Assembly: GCF_008831285.2 (NCBI RefSeq)
Contig: NC_045138.2
Location: 29,512,001-29,576,000, forward strand
Direction: 5' to 3'
Source: Nymphaea colorata
Taxonomy: Eukaryota
Length of the DNA: 64,000 nucleotides
Made by a program: the position numbers and the translations under genes. Shown here piece by piece: positions 26,096-38,725 of this stretch. The notes beneath the pieces were generated by a model. It did not search any database. It saw nothing but the letters and a program-made list of their open reading frames with translations, and was not told the origin of the DNA. The first letter of the stretch is position 1; every line of letters starts with the position of its first letter.

Positions 26096-27948
26096 TTGAG
26101 GTGATCCTCAGAATATGAATTGGAGGTCAACTGTTCCTACATCTTTCCCCAATATAGATCTGCAATTGATTGACCAAAATGAAAGGCTTTTGGGATGGTT
26201 ATTTCGCTCATGATCCATATTTAAGTTTAATTAATTGGTTGCGAGCAGAGCTTGTATTTAATGCAGTGTACATCATATAAACGATTGAAGTATATACATT
26301 TTTCTCAAGACGAGGGAGTGCCAGCGTCATACTAAAATTAAATTAAAATCAGTAGACTTTATCAGGAACCACATGCATTTTATACATCATTTTGACTATT
26401 CCTACCACCTTAACTTATCTAATTTAATCATTCAAAAGTCAACTCCATTCAAGGCTCAAAATTGAATGAAGCAGCTCCTGTTTCAATTAGCTTCAACTTG
26501 ACACATTTGCACTAATCCAGCAAATTTTGACGAGAGAAAGCGAGAGATTGTGCAACGATTTGGTTGAGCCATTAGAGGGACGGTCCTACACACTTGATCA
26601 CTACCTGCAACAGTAGAGTTCTGGTTAGCTTCGAACTGTCGATGTTCTAATTGATGGATAGACAAGGTCTGAGCAGGAACTACGGCAGCGAAACCATCTT
26701 GGAGTTGACATCAGCAGGCAAGAATTCGGACGTAACTCTCTCATCTTTAGTCCAACATGCAGGCATAAGCTTTGGTAGTCATTGAAAGAATAGTTACATA
26801 TCACAAACATGCATCTATTCATCGGCTGGAAGTTACTTATTAACCCACATAGGACCAGCTAGGTTAGATGCAAAAACATGACCTCTTAAATGTTGTTAAA
26901 AATATTCAGACAAAATATGAACATTTTAATTTATTTTTCAAAGGCTAGCATTATATATATCATATTTTTGTTCATGTTGTTGTGAAAAACATAGTGCCAT
27001 TAAAATTTTGATTTTATAAGAGCAATTATTATTTTGTTATTAAAATTTTCATTAAATTCAAAAAATGTTTAACTTCATATATGATTCCAATTGAATCACT
27101 ATTAAGATCAGTCATTAAAAAGGTTATATTACATAAAAAGTACTTAATCAACATTAGGTGCCTAGTTTTTGTCTCTGGCCTAACCGCCCAAGTAGTATGG
27201 GATAACCAATTCTTTTGTGTGTGTGTGTAGTGAAATATGACCTTAACTATATACAGTCACCCGACTATCTAAAGCATGATTGTCCATTTAAAGCATATGG
27301 ATGGTTGAAAGTAAAACAAAAAAAATTAAAGCGGCTGTTCAAGAAATTAAAGTTCCTCAAGTTTGTGCATACTTAGACCTACACTTTGGAGGAGTCCTAT
27401 TAAAAAGGCGTGGCCAGTTCCCCCGCTATCAATCTGATAAACTGGTCACTAGCTATAATATATGTGTCCCAGCTTAATACCGCTAGTAGAGTCAGAACTT
27501 TGGCTAGAAGGGCACTAATTCAATATCTTTAATTCTTTTAGTTGACCATACCAGCCACGGCTCCTCCCTAATTCAAAGTTAGAAGTAAACCGCTCTAATT
27601 TCAATTTGTCTAGTTAATAAAAAACCATAAATAAAGACAATTTTTTCTCTTTAACCTTTTGGGCACCTTAGGTGATGAAATGGAAATCCTCCAGCATATA
27701 TAGATTGTTAAGCTCCTTACAAATGGTCATTGGATAAATCTTTTTGTGTATATGTGCAGATAACGGAAGTTCTTCCATCTAGAGCTAACGAGGTGGAGCG
27801 AGAGAGTTCCATTAGTCTTGGACTACCAGTCGATGGCCGGAGATCGTCCCAGGACGTGGAGGTTCAGTCTCTTCTCTCATCTGGAGAACGAGAGGGTAAG
27901 TTCATCCCTGACTCGTTACGAGGACACAAAACATGGTTTTTATCAAGA
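26096..27948 (+). repeat. Duplicate of the copy A region (~3808-6705) with several internal deletions
   Basis: Collinear blocks 26096-26780~3808-4665, 26830-27326~5174-5710 and 27550-27948~6303-6705. Confidence 0.9.
26654..27948 (+). pseudogene. PGG copy C, truncated before the PGG domain; exons 26654-26731 and 27760-27948
   Basis: Exon 1 MDRQGLSRNYGSETILELTSAGKNSD|GTAACT. Exon 2 ITEVLPSRANEVERE... breaks off at ~27948 and is followed by another exon-1/intron copy (28043-28078, MELTSTGGNSSE|GT). Confidence 0.8.
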
Positions 27949-29627
27949 CATAGCACGGAACAGGCTTTGTTGACTTTCAACTCTCCCATTTTTGTAAGGT
28001 AATATAGGTGGACTTCTCATATGTGGATCCCACTGTACCATTATGGAGTTGACGTCAACTGGCGGGAATAGTTCAGAGGTAACGCTCTCACTTTTAGTTT
28101 AAACGAAAGCATAAGGTTTGGTAATTTAAAGAATAATAGTTCAAGAACTGAGTGGAAGAGACGTTCCCTAAAGGGTTTCTTGTTCTTCTTTTAAAGGGTT
28201 TCTTGTTCTTCCTCTTGTACCTGAATGAGCAAAGAACAATCCGTTCTGAACGTTACTTTCTGAAACTCCACCCTTTATAGACTAACCGAGCTAGCGGTGG
28301 TCTATATCTGTGTGAAGGGATCGTGCCAGTCGAGGGATGTACATATCTACTATTTGAATGCAATATCCACCCAAACCATTCCAAAAAAAAACGTACATGC
28401 AAAAAAATTTAATCCACATCAGGGCCAGCTGCGGGGCGAAGAGAATTCGTGTCGATGAAACAAAGTTCAAAAGATCGACGTGCGTGTGATGTGTTTGTTG
28501 AAATGCCTCTGAGAGATGGTAAGACCAAGAACGCCAGAAAGGAATGTTCTTCTTGCTCCGGACTGGCACAACAGTCTGAGAGGGAACATTCAAACCTTTC
28601 CGCAGTTGTATAAAAACGGGATCCTTCTCATTCATTTTGGACAATGTGTGTCAGAACTGTGACATACTACCATTCATATGTGTTGTCAGAACTGTTGTCA
28701 TGTTCGTATTCAAACTAATGCTCCACGGTCCATCGGAATTGAGTTGTTTTATTAGAGAGGCAAAGAGGAAGAAACATGGTCAACGTTTTGACGGTGCGAT
28801 CTTAGTTTCTGCTTCAACCAGCGGTAGATCTCCTTCAAGCCAATGAAAGCGTGCAACAACACCAGTATAGCAAAGAGCACCATGCAGCCTAAGCCAAAAC
28901 AAAATAAGTATTTAACCGGTGGGTCTGATAGTTTTCTCAGGATGATCAGCACTCCACAGAAAAAACTAAACGCTACGGAGAAGACGGAGATCCACATCAG
29001 GGCCATCAACACCCACGTCATACGCCTTCGCCTAACGGTTATGGCGCTGGTCAAGAGCAAGATGATGATCAAAGATGCAAATGACGCCACCGTGTTAGCT
29101 ATCAGAAACCACTGGAAGCCATTAATGTTGCGATTGACAGCAGTGCCCGCTTCATGCTTATCTCCGGCCGGGACCCGCGCTTCCGCTTCAGTTTTGTCAT
29201 CCTGCCAGAAGCCACCGGGAGGGTTGAGAGAGGCCTGGTACGTGAGTGTTACTATCAGGACGCTCACAACCATCATCAGGGCCATCTCGCTTCTCACCCA
29301 ACCCATGATCATCACTTTGTTTCCCCAATGGCTTCACCTTCTTCTTTGAATGTCTCCACGACAGTCTTGGCATACACCATATTTTCTGCCCTCGTAACGA
29401 GTCAGTGATGAACTTACCCTCTTGTTCTCCAGATGAAGGAAGAGATTGGACCTCCACGTCCTGGGACGATCTCCGGCCATCGACTGGTAGTCCAAGACTA
29501 ATGGAACTCTCTCGCTCCACCTCGTTAGCTCTAGATGGAAGAACTTCCGTTATCTGCACATATACACAAAAAGATTTATCCAATGACCATTTGTAAGGAG
29601 CTTAACAATCTATATATGCTGGAGGAT
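27686..29627. repeat. Inverted repeat: arms 27686-27948 and ~29365-29627, outer 178 bp identical
   Basis: Base-by-base comparison shows 27686-27863 is the exact reverse complement of 29450-29627. The remaining ~85 bp are similar with mismatches. Confidence 0.95.
28752..29553 (-). pseudogene. PGG copy D, inverted; exon 2 only, +1 frameshift near 29282
   Basis: ORFs 29197-29583 and 28752-29315 join at KRD(g)ALMMVV, where copy B reads KREAMMLV. NPPGGFWQD present. No exon 1 upstream on the minus strand; the intron is interrupted at ~29825. Confidence 0.85.
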
Positions 29628-30000
29628 CTGGATCTGGCGACCCTTGGATCCAGGTCCGAGGGCATTGGAAAGCTTCTCAGACCCGAGGCCATCAAAGCTG
29701 GCATTTGATGAGAACCACTGCACCTAGATAGTGTGAAGAGTGGAGTTTCATAAATATCTCTAAACTAGCGTTTAAGAGTAGATCGTTATTTGCTCTTTCA
29801 AGAACAAGAAAAAGAAACCCTTAACCATACAAGCAATGGTTCCTAGGGATAATTACATCACAAGTTGCAAAACCTACATGATTATCTGCAAGTTTCAATA
29901 AGATTCCCAAGAGCAGGGCAAAGCTTTTGTTGTTTTATAAGAACAAATCAAGAGGGTTGTTAGAAGCATCAAAAGCAATGCAGCTAGAAGTTGTACCTAC

Positions 30001-30084
30001 CGGACTACTCATCCCAACATGTGCTTCATATATCCTCAATGATTTAGGTGCTTTTGGCTGGGGATGCTTGAATTCAAATTTTTC
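30001..30084 (-). pseudogene. SBE2: Orphan exon of starch branching enzyme II with flanking intron-like DNA
   Basis: [38 protein letters not shown], 84 nt, phase 0/0. The adjacent SBE exons were not found. Confidence 0.88.
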
Positions 30085-32692
30085 CTAGAAGAAATCGGAG
30101 ATGCTTGAATGCATGCCACATTCTGAAATCTGAACTACAAGAACCTTCTTCCATCCATGACAACAACTATCAATGCAAATATGTCAGCGGATATGCACCA
30201 GGCAAAATCATGGGCAACTGCTTATTGATGATAAGCAATTCCTTATCGGACAGCCTAAAAGCTTATAACAATGTCATAAACGATGTACAGTAGATATCCT
30301 CAAGATGCTTCCAGTCTAAGTCATGTGGACTTGCCAAAACGATCGCCACACCTGAGTCATCGCTGCATGTGCAGCAACCGACAATTTGATTTCATTTTTG
30401 TGGAATCATTGTTACTGATAGCTTGTTAATCATTCATTTGTCACTTGTGGGCGATTGTGTACATATACACATACACAATCTTGCCGCAACCCCACCTATG
30501 TTTTTGAAAAATGTTGCACCCGCAATTCGTATCAGTGGGACATATCTTCCGCTCAAACCCATTGAACAGAAATATTCACCAGCTCGAGATTACAAACACA
30601 TTCCCAGTGTCTTTGATAGGAAACTATTAAAAAAAAAAAAAACCTACCATGAGAGTAGAAAACATTCAAAGTTAACTTAAAGAGAGCTTGCAAGTCCAAG
30701 TTAAATCATTCAACATAGTGTAAAAGCATTAACTTTTTGTTTCAAAGTTCAGAGAAGATGAAGCTAAGCTTGTATATCCATTCAACCAAGTTGCACATCT
30801 ACTCAAGTTTTCCCAGGTATAAATTAGAACATATAGGTTTTATCAGATATATATACCCCTTATTGCTCATGGCAAACTTCAAAATTTAGCAAATTATGGT
30901 TACATTCAGTTAATTATTATCAGAGACAGAGCTTTAGCCTCCCTATCATGATTGCTAATGAAAATGAGTTCAGCAACTGCAAAGACCAAAAAGAACAAGT
31001 TTTCTACCATGTAACTGTACTTGCAAGCAGAAGATCTAGAAAATGAACATAATGCCAAGGTATGTCACAGGAGGTGCAAATTCTAGTTGGCCTAGCCAGC
31101 CTAACTGCCCTTGTGTCCCAGATTGTGTCCGGATAAAATCCAGGATCTGATCCCTTTTGTTTTAAAATGGATTTTGGTTCCCAACTTCTTAAATCTAAAA
31201 GGGACTTAGTTTACAATTCTCTCTTTGTTCTTCTCCTATCTCAAACACTGATGCCGACCTGCGTCAATCTCCAGCAATCAGCGGCGACCTTCTGGCATGG
31301 TTGTATTTTATTTTTCCCTTTTTCTTCATCTTTTTCACTTTTATGCTCAATATAAGTTCTTTTACTGCCCCAACGAAAAGTTTTCTCTTCAATAGAAAAA
31401 CTTAATACATTGTTTCTTTTCTTCTCTTTCATATCTATCATTGCTTTTTATAAGTTTTACACTTACGGCTTAGTATTTCTTCTTTTACTTTTTTTTGAGG
31501 GAAAATTTATCGGTATGCAGTCCAATCATTGTGTGATGACAGATCAATGCAGAGGAATGTTCATGTGCTTAGACATATGCGTTCAGCAAAGCTACGTATA
31601 CACACACACACACTTGTCTGCTTTTACATAAATGAGTCATGAAAATGCTTGTTGATGCATTGGGCTCTATACTGAACAACTTTTTGAGGTGACAGAAAGA
31701 GGAAGGTTAGAGAATCACCTTTGCTCCAGCACTGTAAAATCAAGAAAAAAAATGGAAAAAGGAAAAGGCATCTTATATGAGACAAAATTGTAATAAATTG
31801 CACATATTATGATGAAAATTTGCATCATACATATAGTGGAGAAGAGGTTCTAAAGAATACCATTGGAACACAAAAAGTAAATTTGTTATGGCAAAATTTA
31901 GACGAAATAACAGGTCTTTGATGGGTAAGAAAATAAGAAACAATAGGACCATCAAAAGCTGGTCAAATGAGATGTCATAAGCGAGCACACAAAATAATTT
32001 TAGAAAAAAGTTAATTGGAAGAGAAAGCCCAACTAGAAAGCAGATAACCAATGTCTAGGACAAGAACGGATTGCCAACTTTTCATTTCACTTCGCATTTA
32101 CAACAGCTCAACATCACTTTACATCCACATGTTTTTCTGTGACCTAATAAATTACAAAAACTGACCAAAAAAAGTTTAGAGACTTCAAATTTTTGCTGCA
32201 AATAAAACTGTGATAAAGGTGAATGCATTTGTTATATTAACTATAAGATATAAGAAAAAACATCCAACATAAAAAATTCAAAACATAAGAGGATCATATC
32301 TATACAGACTGGGAATTGGAAATGTTTCAACACAAAAATACTAGAATACACTTTCCACATTGTCAGTCAACTAATGGCTATAGAACACAGATATTGAAAG
32401 CCTGTGAACAAAGCAATAACTATTGAACAGTTATATTTTAAGGTTCCTGCAAAACAAAAACGGAACCCAAATCCGTTTAAGGAATTCAAACAGCTCACAT
32501 TTAAGTTCAACCTAGTAAAGGTTTTAAGCTGTCATTGGATGGGAATTTCAAACACAGTTACCAGATCACTTTGAATAAGTAGGAAACCATGATTACTATA
32601 TATGGGAAGCGAAATGCATCAGGAATCCCAATTCCCAAATATAAGCAAGTTCCAATATTTGCATCTTGATTCCCATGTAATTCCATCAGGAA

Positions 32693-32915
32693 GGGAGAGG
32701 GGGGCTGAGGGGGAGCAGAAAGGGAGAGGGGGAGAGGGGGAGCAGAGAGGGAGAGGGAGAGGGGGAGCAGAGAGGGGAAGGGAGAGGGGGAGCAGAGAGG
32801 GAGACAGGAATGGAGAGGGGGAGCGGAGAGGGAGAGGGAGAGGGGGAGAAGGAGAGGGGCTGAGGGGGAGCAGAAAGGGAGACGGGAAGGGAGAGGGAGA
32901 GGGGCGGGGGAGGGC
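32693..32915 (+). repeat. G/A-rich low-complexity array (GGGGAGCAGAGAGGGA-like units)
   Basis: Nearly pure purine strand with many G3-G6 runs. Confidence 0.9.
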
Positions 32916-32932
32916 ACCGGCATTAGGTACAT

Positions 32933-33840
32933 CGTTACCCTACGCCCTTCGAATGTTGCGGCGGAGAGGACTTCTCCTCCACCTGCACAGTTCACCATCA
33001 GCAAATTTTTTACCTCCGGTGACGTTTCTTTAGGCGTCACTGGCGCCGCGGAAAGGAATCGAGCCTCCCTCTCTGCCAAATGCAACTTGTTCGTTTTCAT
33101 TTTTTTTTTTTTTTTAACATCATGCAAGAGGAGCAGTCCTCTCCGCCGCAACATAAGAAGCTTTTTTTTGTTAAAATCATCTAATATCCGATTGTCAAAA
33201 TTTTTTCATATGATTTTAGCAAAAAAAGCTTCATATGTGCTTTTATGTCACTTTTATGTCCATATATACATTCTATTTGGAGTCACATGAAACAATATGA
33301 CTATATTTAACCTAGAAATTGATTCAATGACATCTCTTATGCTTATTTAAGAGAAACTGAACACAGCTACCACTTACTTTATGCCACTTTCTTAGTGACA
33401 CGAACTGAATGCTTAAAAAAAACAAACATTTTAGCTCGTAGTCATCTTGCCGGCCAACTTTTTCTAGATTTACACTGCTTTGCGTCTCTTAAAGTACCAT
33501 AAATTATGTCTTTTTTATAAATCAACCCACATAGTTAAAAATGCCAAATCTTAAAATTTATAAATTAAAAAACAAATTTTAGTTGAGTTCCAAAGAATAA
33601 CGGCCCAAGATATATAGGTTCACAAAATCTAATTTTATTCTTGTTTTTTTTCATATCTTTTATTTTATGCAGTTCATGAAAATACATCTTAAAAAGAATG
33701 GGGGCACCCACGAAGCATACGAAAAAATTTTGACAATCGGATGAAGATTAAATAAATTATGAATGATATTTAAGATTAAATAGATAAATCTTGCGCCCTG
33801 ACTCTGTTGTTTTAATTGATTATTGGGAGCATGATAAAAT
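32933..33840 (+). repeat. Third copy of a downstream-flank repeat (others at ~9085-9380 and ~23580-23925), interrupted by a ~580-bp insert
   Basis: Shared GCCTCCCTCTCTG-CAAATGCAA, CATGCAAGAGGAGC and AAAAAATTTTGACAAT-GGATGAAGATTAAATAAATTATGAA. Confidence 0.8.
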
Positions 33841-35983
33841 ATATTAAAATATGTTCAAAATAAAATATATTAAAATATGTTCAAAATAAACATAAAACTA
33901 AAAATTAGTAACCAAAAAATAATCACATGACGCCCTGAATGGCCCATTAATTCAATTTGATATATCACCAATCCGCTTTGAAGATACCAATTGAGGTTGA
34001 TTAGTTGACGTAAAAATTGATATTGAAGAGTTTGTTTGGTAAATAAAACAAGATGTTAGTCATATAAATATGGTCAAAAAATTTTAACGTATTCATGTAA
34101 TATTTTAATGTTTGATGAATTTAAAAAAAAAAATGAATCCGATTCAAAAACAGTTACAAACTTTTTTATTTACCAAACAAAGCTCAAATAGAACTATTGT
34201 TATTACTAACAACATCACGGCATTCAAGAGCCTAAGAATTAACTTATATCGAGATGTTTTAAAATAAAAACTGATTTATGATATTATATTATTAAATAGA
34301 AAAGCTCATTTCGGCCTCATTAATAAAGAAGATCAATATTAAATTGGATATATAAACTGCAATTCCGACCCGAATAATTTACAATTCACACTTCTCAACC
34401 CTACTTCAATCGAAAGACAATTTTTTCTTTCTAGAAGTTTCTGCTGAATAAATGAAAATCCAGATCCGAATCATTGCTTCCGGCTGCAGCCGGTTCCCCG
34501 CCGTTGTGATGGGCCAATGTTTATGGTTTCAGATCTAGATTTAGATCCAAATTCAGATAAAGGCGCTTTGCTACCTAGGCTACCAACCAACCAACCCAAT
34601 ACTTGGAGCTACCCAAGAAGGCGATGCGCGACCCGATCCGTTTTGCAGCGTTGTTCTGGTGGCATTTTCCGCCGAATATACGGAATGTAGTGGGGCCCAC
34701 GCTAACAAATATCTTACGAATTCTATGACTCTTCATTAATGGATGTGATGATATTCCTGCCAATGTGCTTGTGAACCACTTTCACTTGGAGCAACAACTA
34801 CATTATGGTAGATTTGCATTCCCCATTAAAAACCTTATTTGCTTGAGTAGGGGTTTCATAATTAAGTTTGGGAGAGACATGTTCTTCAGGGTATCGTACA
34901 ATTTGGCTCTCCCGTACACGTTCGTGGCACACCAATCAAACACGAGAGAATGTGTTTGCAGCATGTCCTATCTTTAGGGGGAAAAATTCTAGGGGAAAGA
35001 GAGTGTTAGGACTCGTCCCGATTAGGCCAGAATGTGCCTGCAAGAATGAATCTGACAACACTACTAATTGCCAAAGAGTATATGTATTCTTTGACAACAA
35101 TGTTTTTTCCACCAACTGTTTCCTTTCAGGTTCAGCCTAAGGGAATGCCTGGATGAAATTGAGTAAAGTGTCACACCCTATTTTCACAATCAATTTAGTT
35201 CTCTTTGCATTAATGAATTTAGATTGTGATTGGTCAATAATCATATTTACTGAATTAATTGGCATCTATAACCAGTTTTAAACCCCAATCAAGCTTAATC
35301 AAGTCTAGCTAGCATTATGTCCCATTCATTGAGCTGGTTGAGCCTTAGTGCAACATTCTTTCTCTTAACTGAGTCTTAATCGAACTACAGAAAATTCCTT
35401 TTAGATATTGATGGTCACTCATTCAAAGTCATGAGATAAAGTTGATACATATTGATCTATGTATTAACAATATGTCCCTTAAAGTCTCTACAAAAGGTTG
35501 TTTGGTAATAATAACTGTTACTATTTCATGAATCCCCATAAAAAAATATGATAGATTCATGGAATACTACAACGTACTATTTAATGGATCTGTAGGATAA
35601 ATTCATGGAACAATAACACTATGTTACTAATGTCAAACATTCATATGCCTTGATGAATCCCCTTTTAACAAAGTTTTACATTGTCCACATTATGGATCTC
35701 CAAGTCTTGATTAGCTAGGATTAATTTGAAGGAATACAATGACAAGTAATGCAGACTCTTGACCTCTTTCATATGAAAGGTGAAAAGGTAATTATGTTAT
35801 GTCTTGAGAACTTGTTCTAACATAACAGTAACTATTTTTTTGTTTTTTTTTCTTAATTTAAGCTCCTCATTTGATTGGTTAAAAGTGTTAAGTATAGAAC
35901 AATTTACATGGTAACTGTAACATAGACCTTAGGAGATGCATCAATCTGCAGCCACATCAAAAAATTTGGAGGAAATGAATGTG

Positions 35984-36015
<32 letters not shown>

Positions 36016-38635
36016 TGGCATGTACACAAACTAATTTATATGCTAGACAGATCTAATCTTAAACAATTAATGAAGACATTGAGTTAATATAAATGCATAT
36101 TGCGCTCAATAATTCTTACTTTTACGCTCCATGCATCGGTCTAGAGAAATCATAATGAAAGCAATGTTTAAATAAGCAAATCATATAAATAAAATAATAC
36201 ATGTTAATGACCAATAGCTATAACAATAGAGCCAAAAATGAGTTACAAACAAACTAAAACAAGTAAAAGAAAGGAATTTGGAACAATTTTTGTCCAAATT
36301 ACTTGTAAGACCCAATCCAAGACTGACCTGAGTTCCTGAGTTCTCGGCATACTCTATAAGATTGAATACATATAAAGAAAAAGCTGGTCTGCTGATTGGA
36401 TCTAAACAAGCATATTTCATACCTAATATTGCAAACTTTAACTATCTGTCCCTCAAATAGACTCCTTGAAAAACCTGCCCTTGTGTGGAGTATCAAGTTG
36501 TTGAAAACTAATTTCCAACTCAAGTGCTCGACTTAAATAGTTTAATTCTCCTGGTAGAAAGACAGAAGACATAATATTTAAAACCACAAGATAACAGATG
36601 GAAAATGATATTGAATAAGAAATCTAACGTACCTATACATGAAAGAAAAAGATTTGTAGACAAGCATAAGATGTTCAACTATTTCTGATGGTGGTCCATT
36701 AGCTCCGTTCTTATGCATAAACAAGTGATCTATAGCAAAAAATTCCTGGTTCTACTTCTGCCATTGTTTGTGGTCAAGCTTAGTTTGACTTCTTAGAGAT
36801 AGTTATATGATGATATAGGGATGTCAATTAGGATATCTGACCGAACCATTCAAAAAACTAGCTAGGTTTCTACAATGCAACCCACGAATCAAGTTGATGG
36901 ACCGCCAGTCTCTGCCATTGAACCGGTCCATCCATTCCAATGACTTCCATCGGTTCTGGCTCAGGCAGATGCAAGCACATGGCGCGAACTCTCACCCACA
37001 CACTTGCTCTCTTTCTTTCTATTATATAAATAACATGGATTCCTCCAGCTCTGAGAATCCCTCTCACACGCAGCCCAATGTTTTTTTGTTTGGGTTGTGT
37101 TAATGAGGCAGGATGTGAATCCAATGCTTTATAATTTTTATATATATATATATATATATAATTTAAATCCAATTTAGATTGAAAATCATTTTTATATATA
37201 GAATTTATAGATTTCTCCATTTTAAGCTTAGACTGAAAATCTTGAGTCCTCAACACACCACTCGATACAATGTAAATGTACACTCATTTTCTCTTTTTGA
37301 CTAGTGTACAAACAAGACAAGTGTAAACAAATTTAATAGCTCATGCTTGAGAAAATCAAAATAGTAACAGTGCATCTATTAGTTCTCCTACCAGCCACTC
37401 ACCCCCAACTTCCAAAATAAAAATGCAAAATAAAATTTATCTTGTGTTGCAGTTTATCTTCAGGAGATATTTTGCCCCTACAATATTATTGTATCGTATC
37501 ACATCCAAATCGGTTAATCGGTTTATAACCTAAGGGTAGCTGGCATTAGGTTAGCTAAGCATGAAATTGAAGGTCATGTGTTCATCATCTAGACCCAACC
37601 TTTAGTGTATACATTCAATTGCGATTCTACTATGAGTTCTATATTTCTAGCAGCATAGCAGGTTGGAGCACATGTAGTTAAGATAAAACGCATACAATTA
37701 TGTGTTATGCATGACAAAATGCATAACATATGGTAGATGGCTGGCAGAGCAAGCTTAAAATCTAGATTAATTAAGGTTTTAACCTTTTTGAACTGGAGAT
37801 CAGCTGTGCTAAGCTTTACCAAATTGCTTAGAATGCATGCTCCAAGTGTAATTTGGCAGCCTTGCACACAGCTTTATGGACCACTTGGGGAGTGTTTGGA
37901 TGGCACCCTCAAAAAATACGGTTTTGTGAAAACCTAGTTGAAAACCCAGTTTTGTAAACTTGGTTTGGATGACAAGTGAAAAACTTAGTTTATAGATCGA
38001 CAAAAATAAGTGTTGCCTAAAAAACTTAGGGGAAGCAAGTTTTGACCAATCTCCTAATAACTTAACTTACTGTTATAGATCAATCGACGGAAGGCAGAAG
38101 CCTCTACACAACTCCTCATCCCTTTAAGATAGATACACATGATAATCAAATAAGAAAATGAGGGCTTCGAGTATGCAACTTATCTCTAAGATCCTTAGTT
38201 CGATTAGTAGTGATTGGATTTTATATAGAACTTTGGTTATTTTGAATAAAGCACATTATATCATGACCACACAAATGTATCTAAGGCAAGTTATCAAATG
38301 TATCAAACTTGGAATTAAGATTTAAGATAATCAAATGCCACCATGGAGTCGCATCACACAAGCAAGGACAAGCATGATGAAAATCTTTACAAAAATTATG
38401 AAAATGGGCACAAATTAATGCCAATATGAGCTTTCACCTCATGGCTACGCTTTTTCCATCTAATTATTCAACAAAAATTAGTGCACAAAGTTACTCGTGA
38501 CATGATGATCATTTGGAATCGCAAATTTAGATTTTCTCTCTATTTAACTTGGCCAAGTGGGAAGTGAATTTTCTTATTTTAGTTGAAACATGTGGCACTA
38601 ATCTTGAAGAAAATAACATCTGTTTCCATGAGAGC

Positions 38636-38725
38636 AGCAAATTAAATTGTTGGGTTATGTTCAAGAACGTTCTTCCATGAAGCAAATTAAATTGTTGGGT
38701 TATGTTCAAGAACGTTCTTCCATGA
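38636..38725. repeat. Exact 45-bp tandem duplication
   Basis: AGCAAATTAAATTGTTGGGTTATGTTCAAGAACGTTCTTCCATGA x2. Confidence 0.95.

Noticed and set aside
32558..33154. 198-aa and 143-aa ORFs
   Set aside because: Artefacts of the G/A-rich repeat.
34868..34915. GGGAGAG...CTCTCCC mini-hairpin as a miRNA precursor
   Set aside because: Stem too short; no conserved plant miRNA sequence recognised here or elsewhere by eye.
37530..37595. tRNA/SINE-like A/B-box resemblance (also near 49205-49235)
   Set aside because: Too degenerate; no cloverleaf, tail or TSD.
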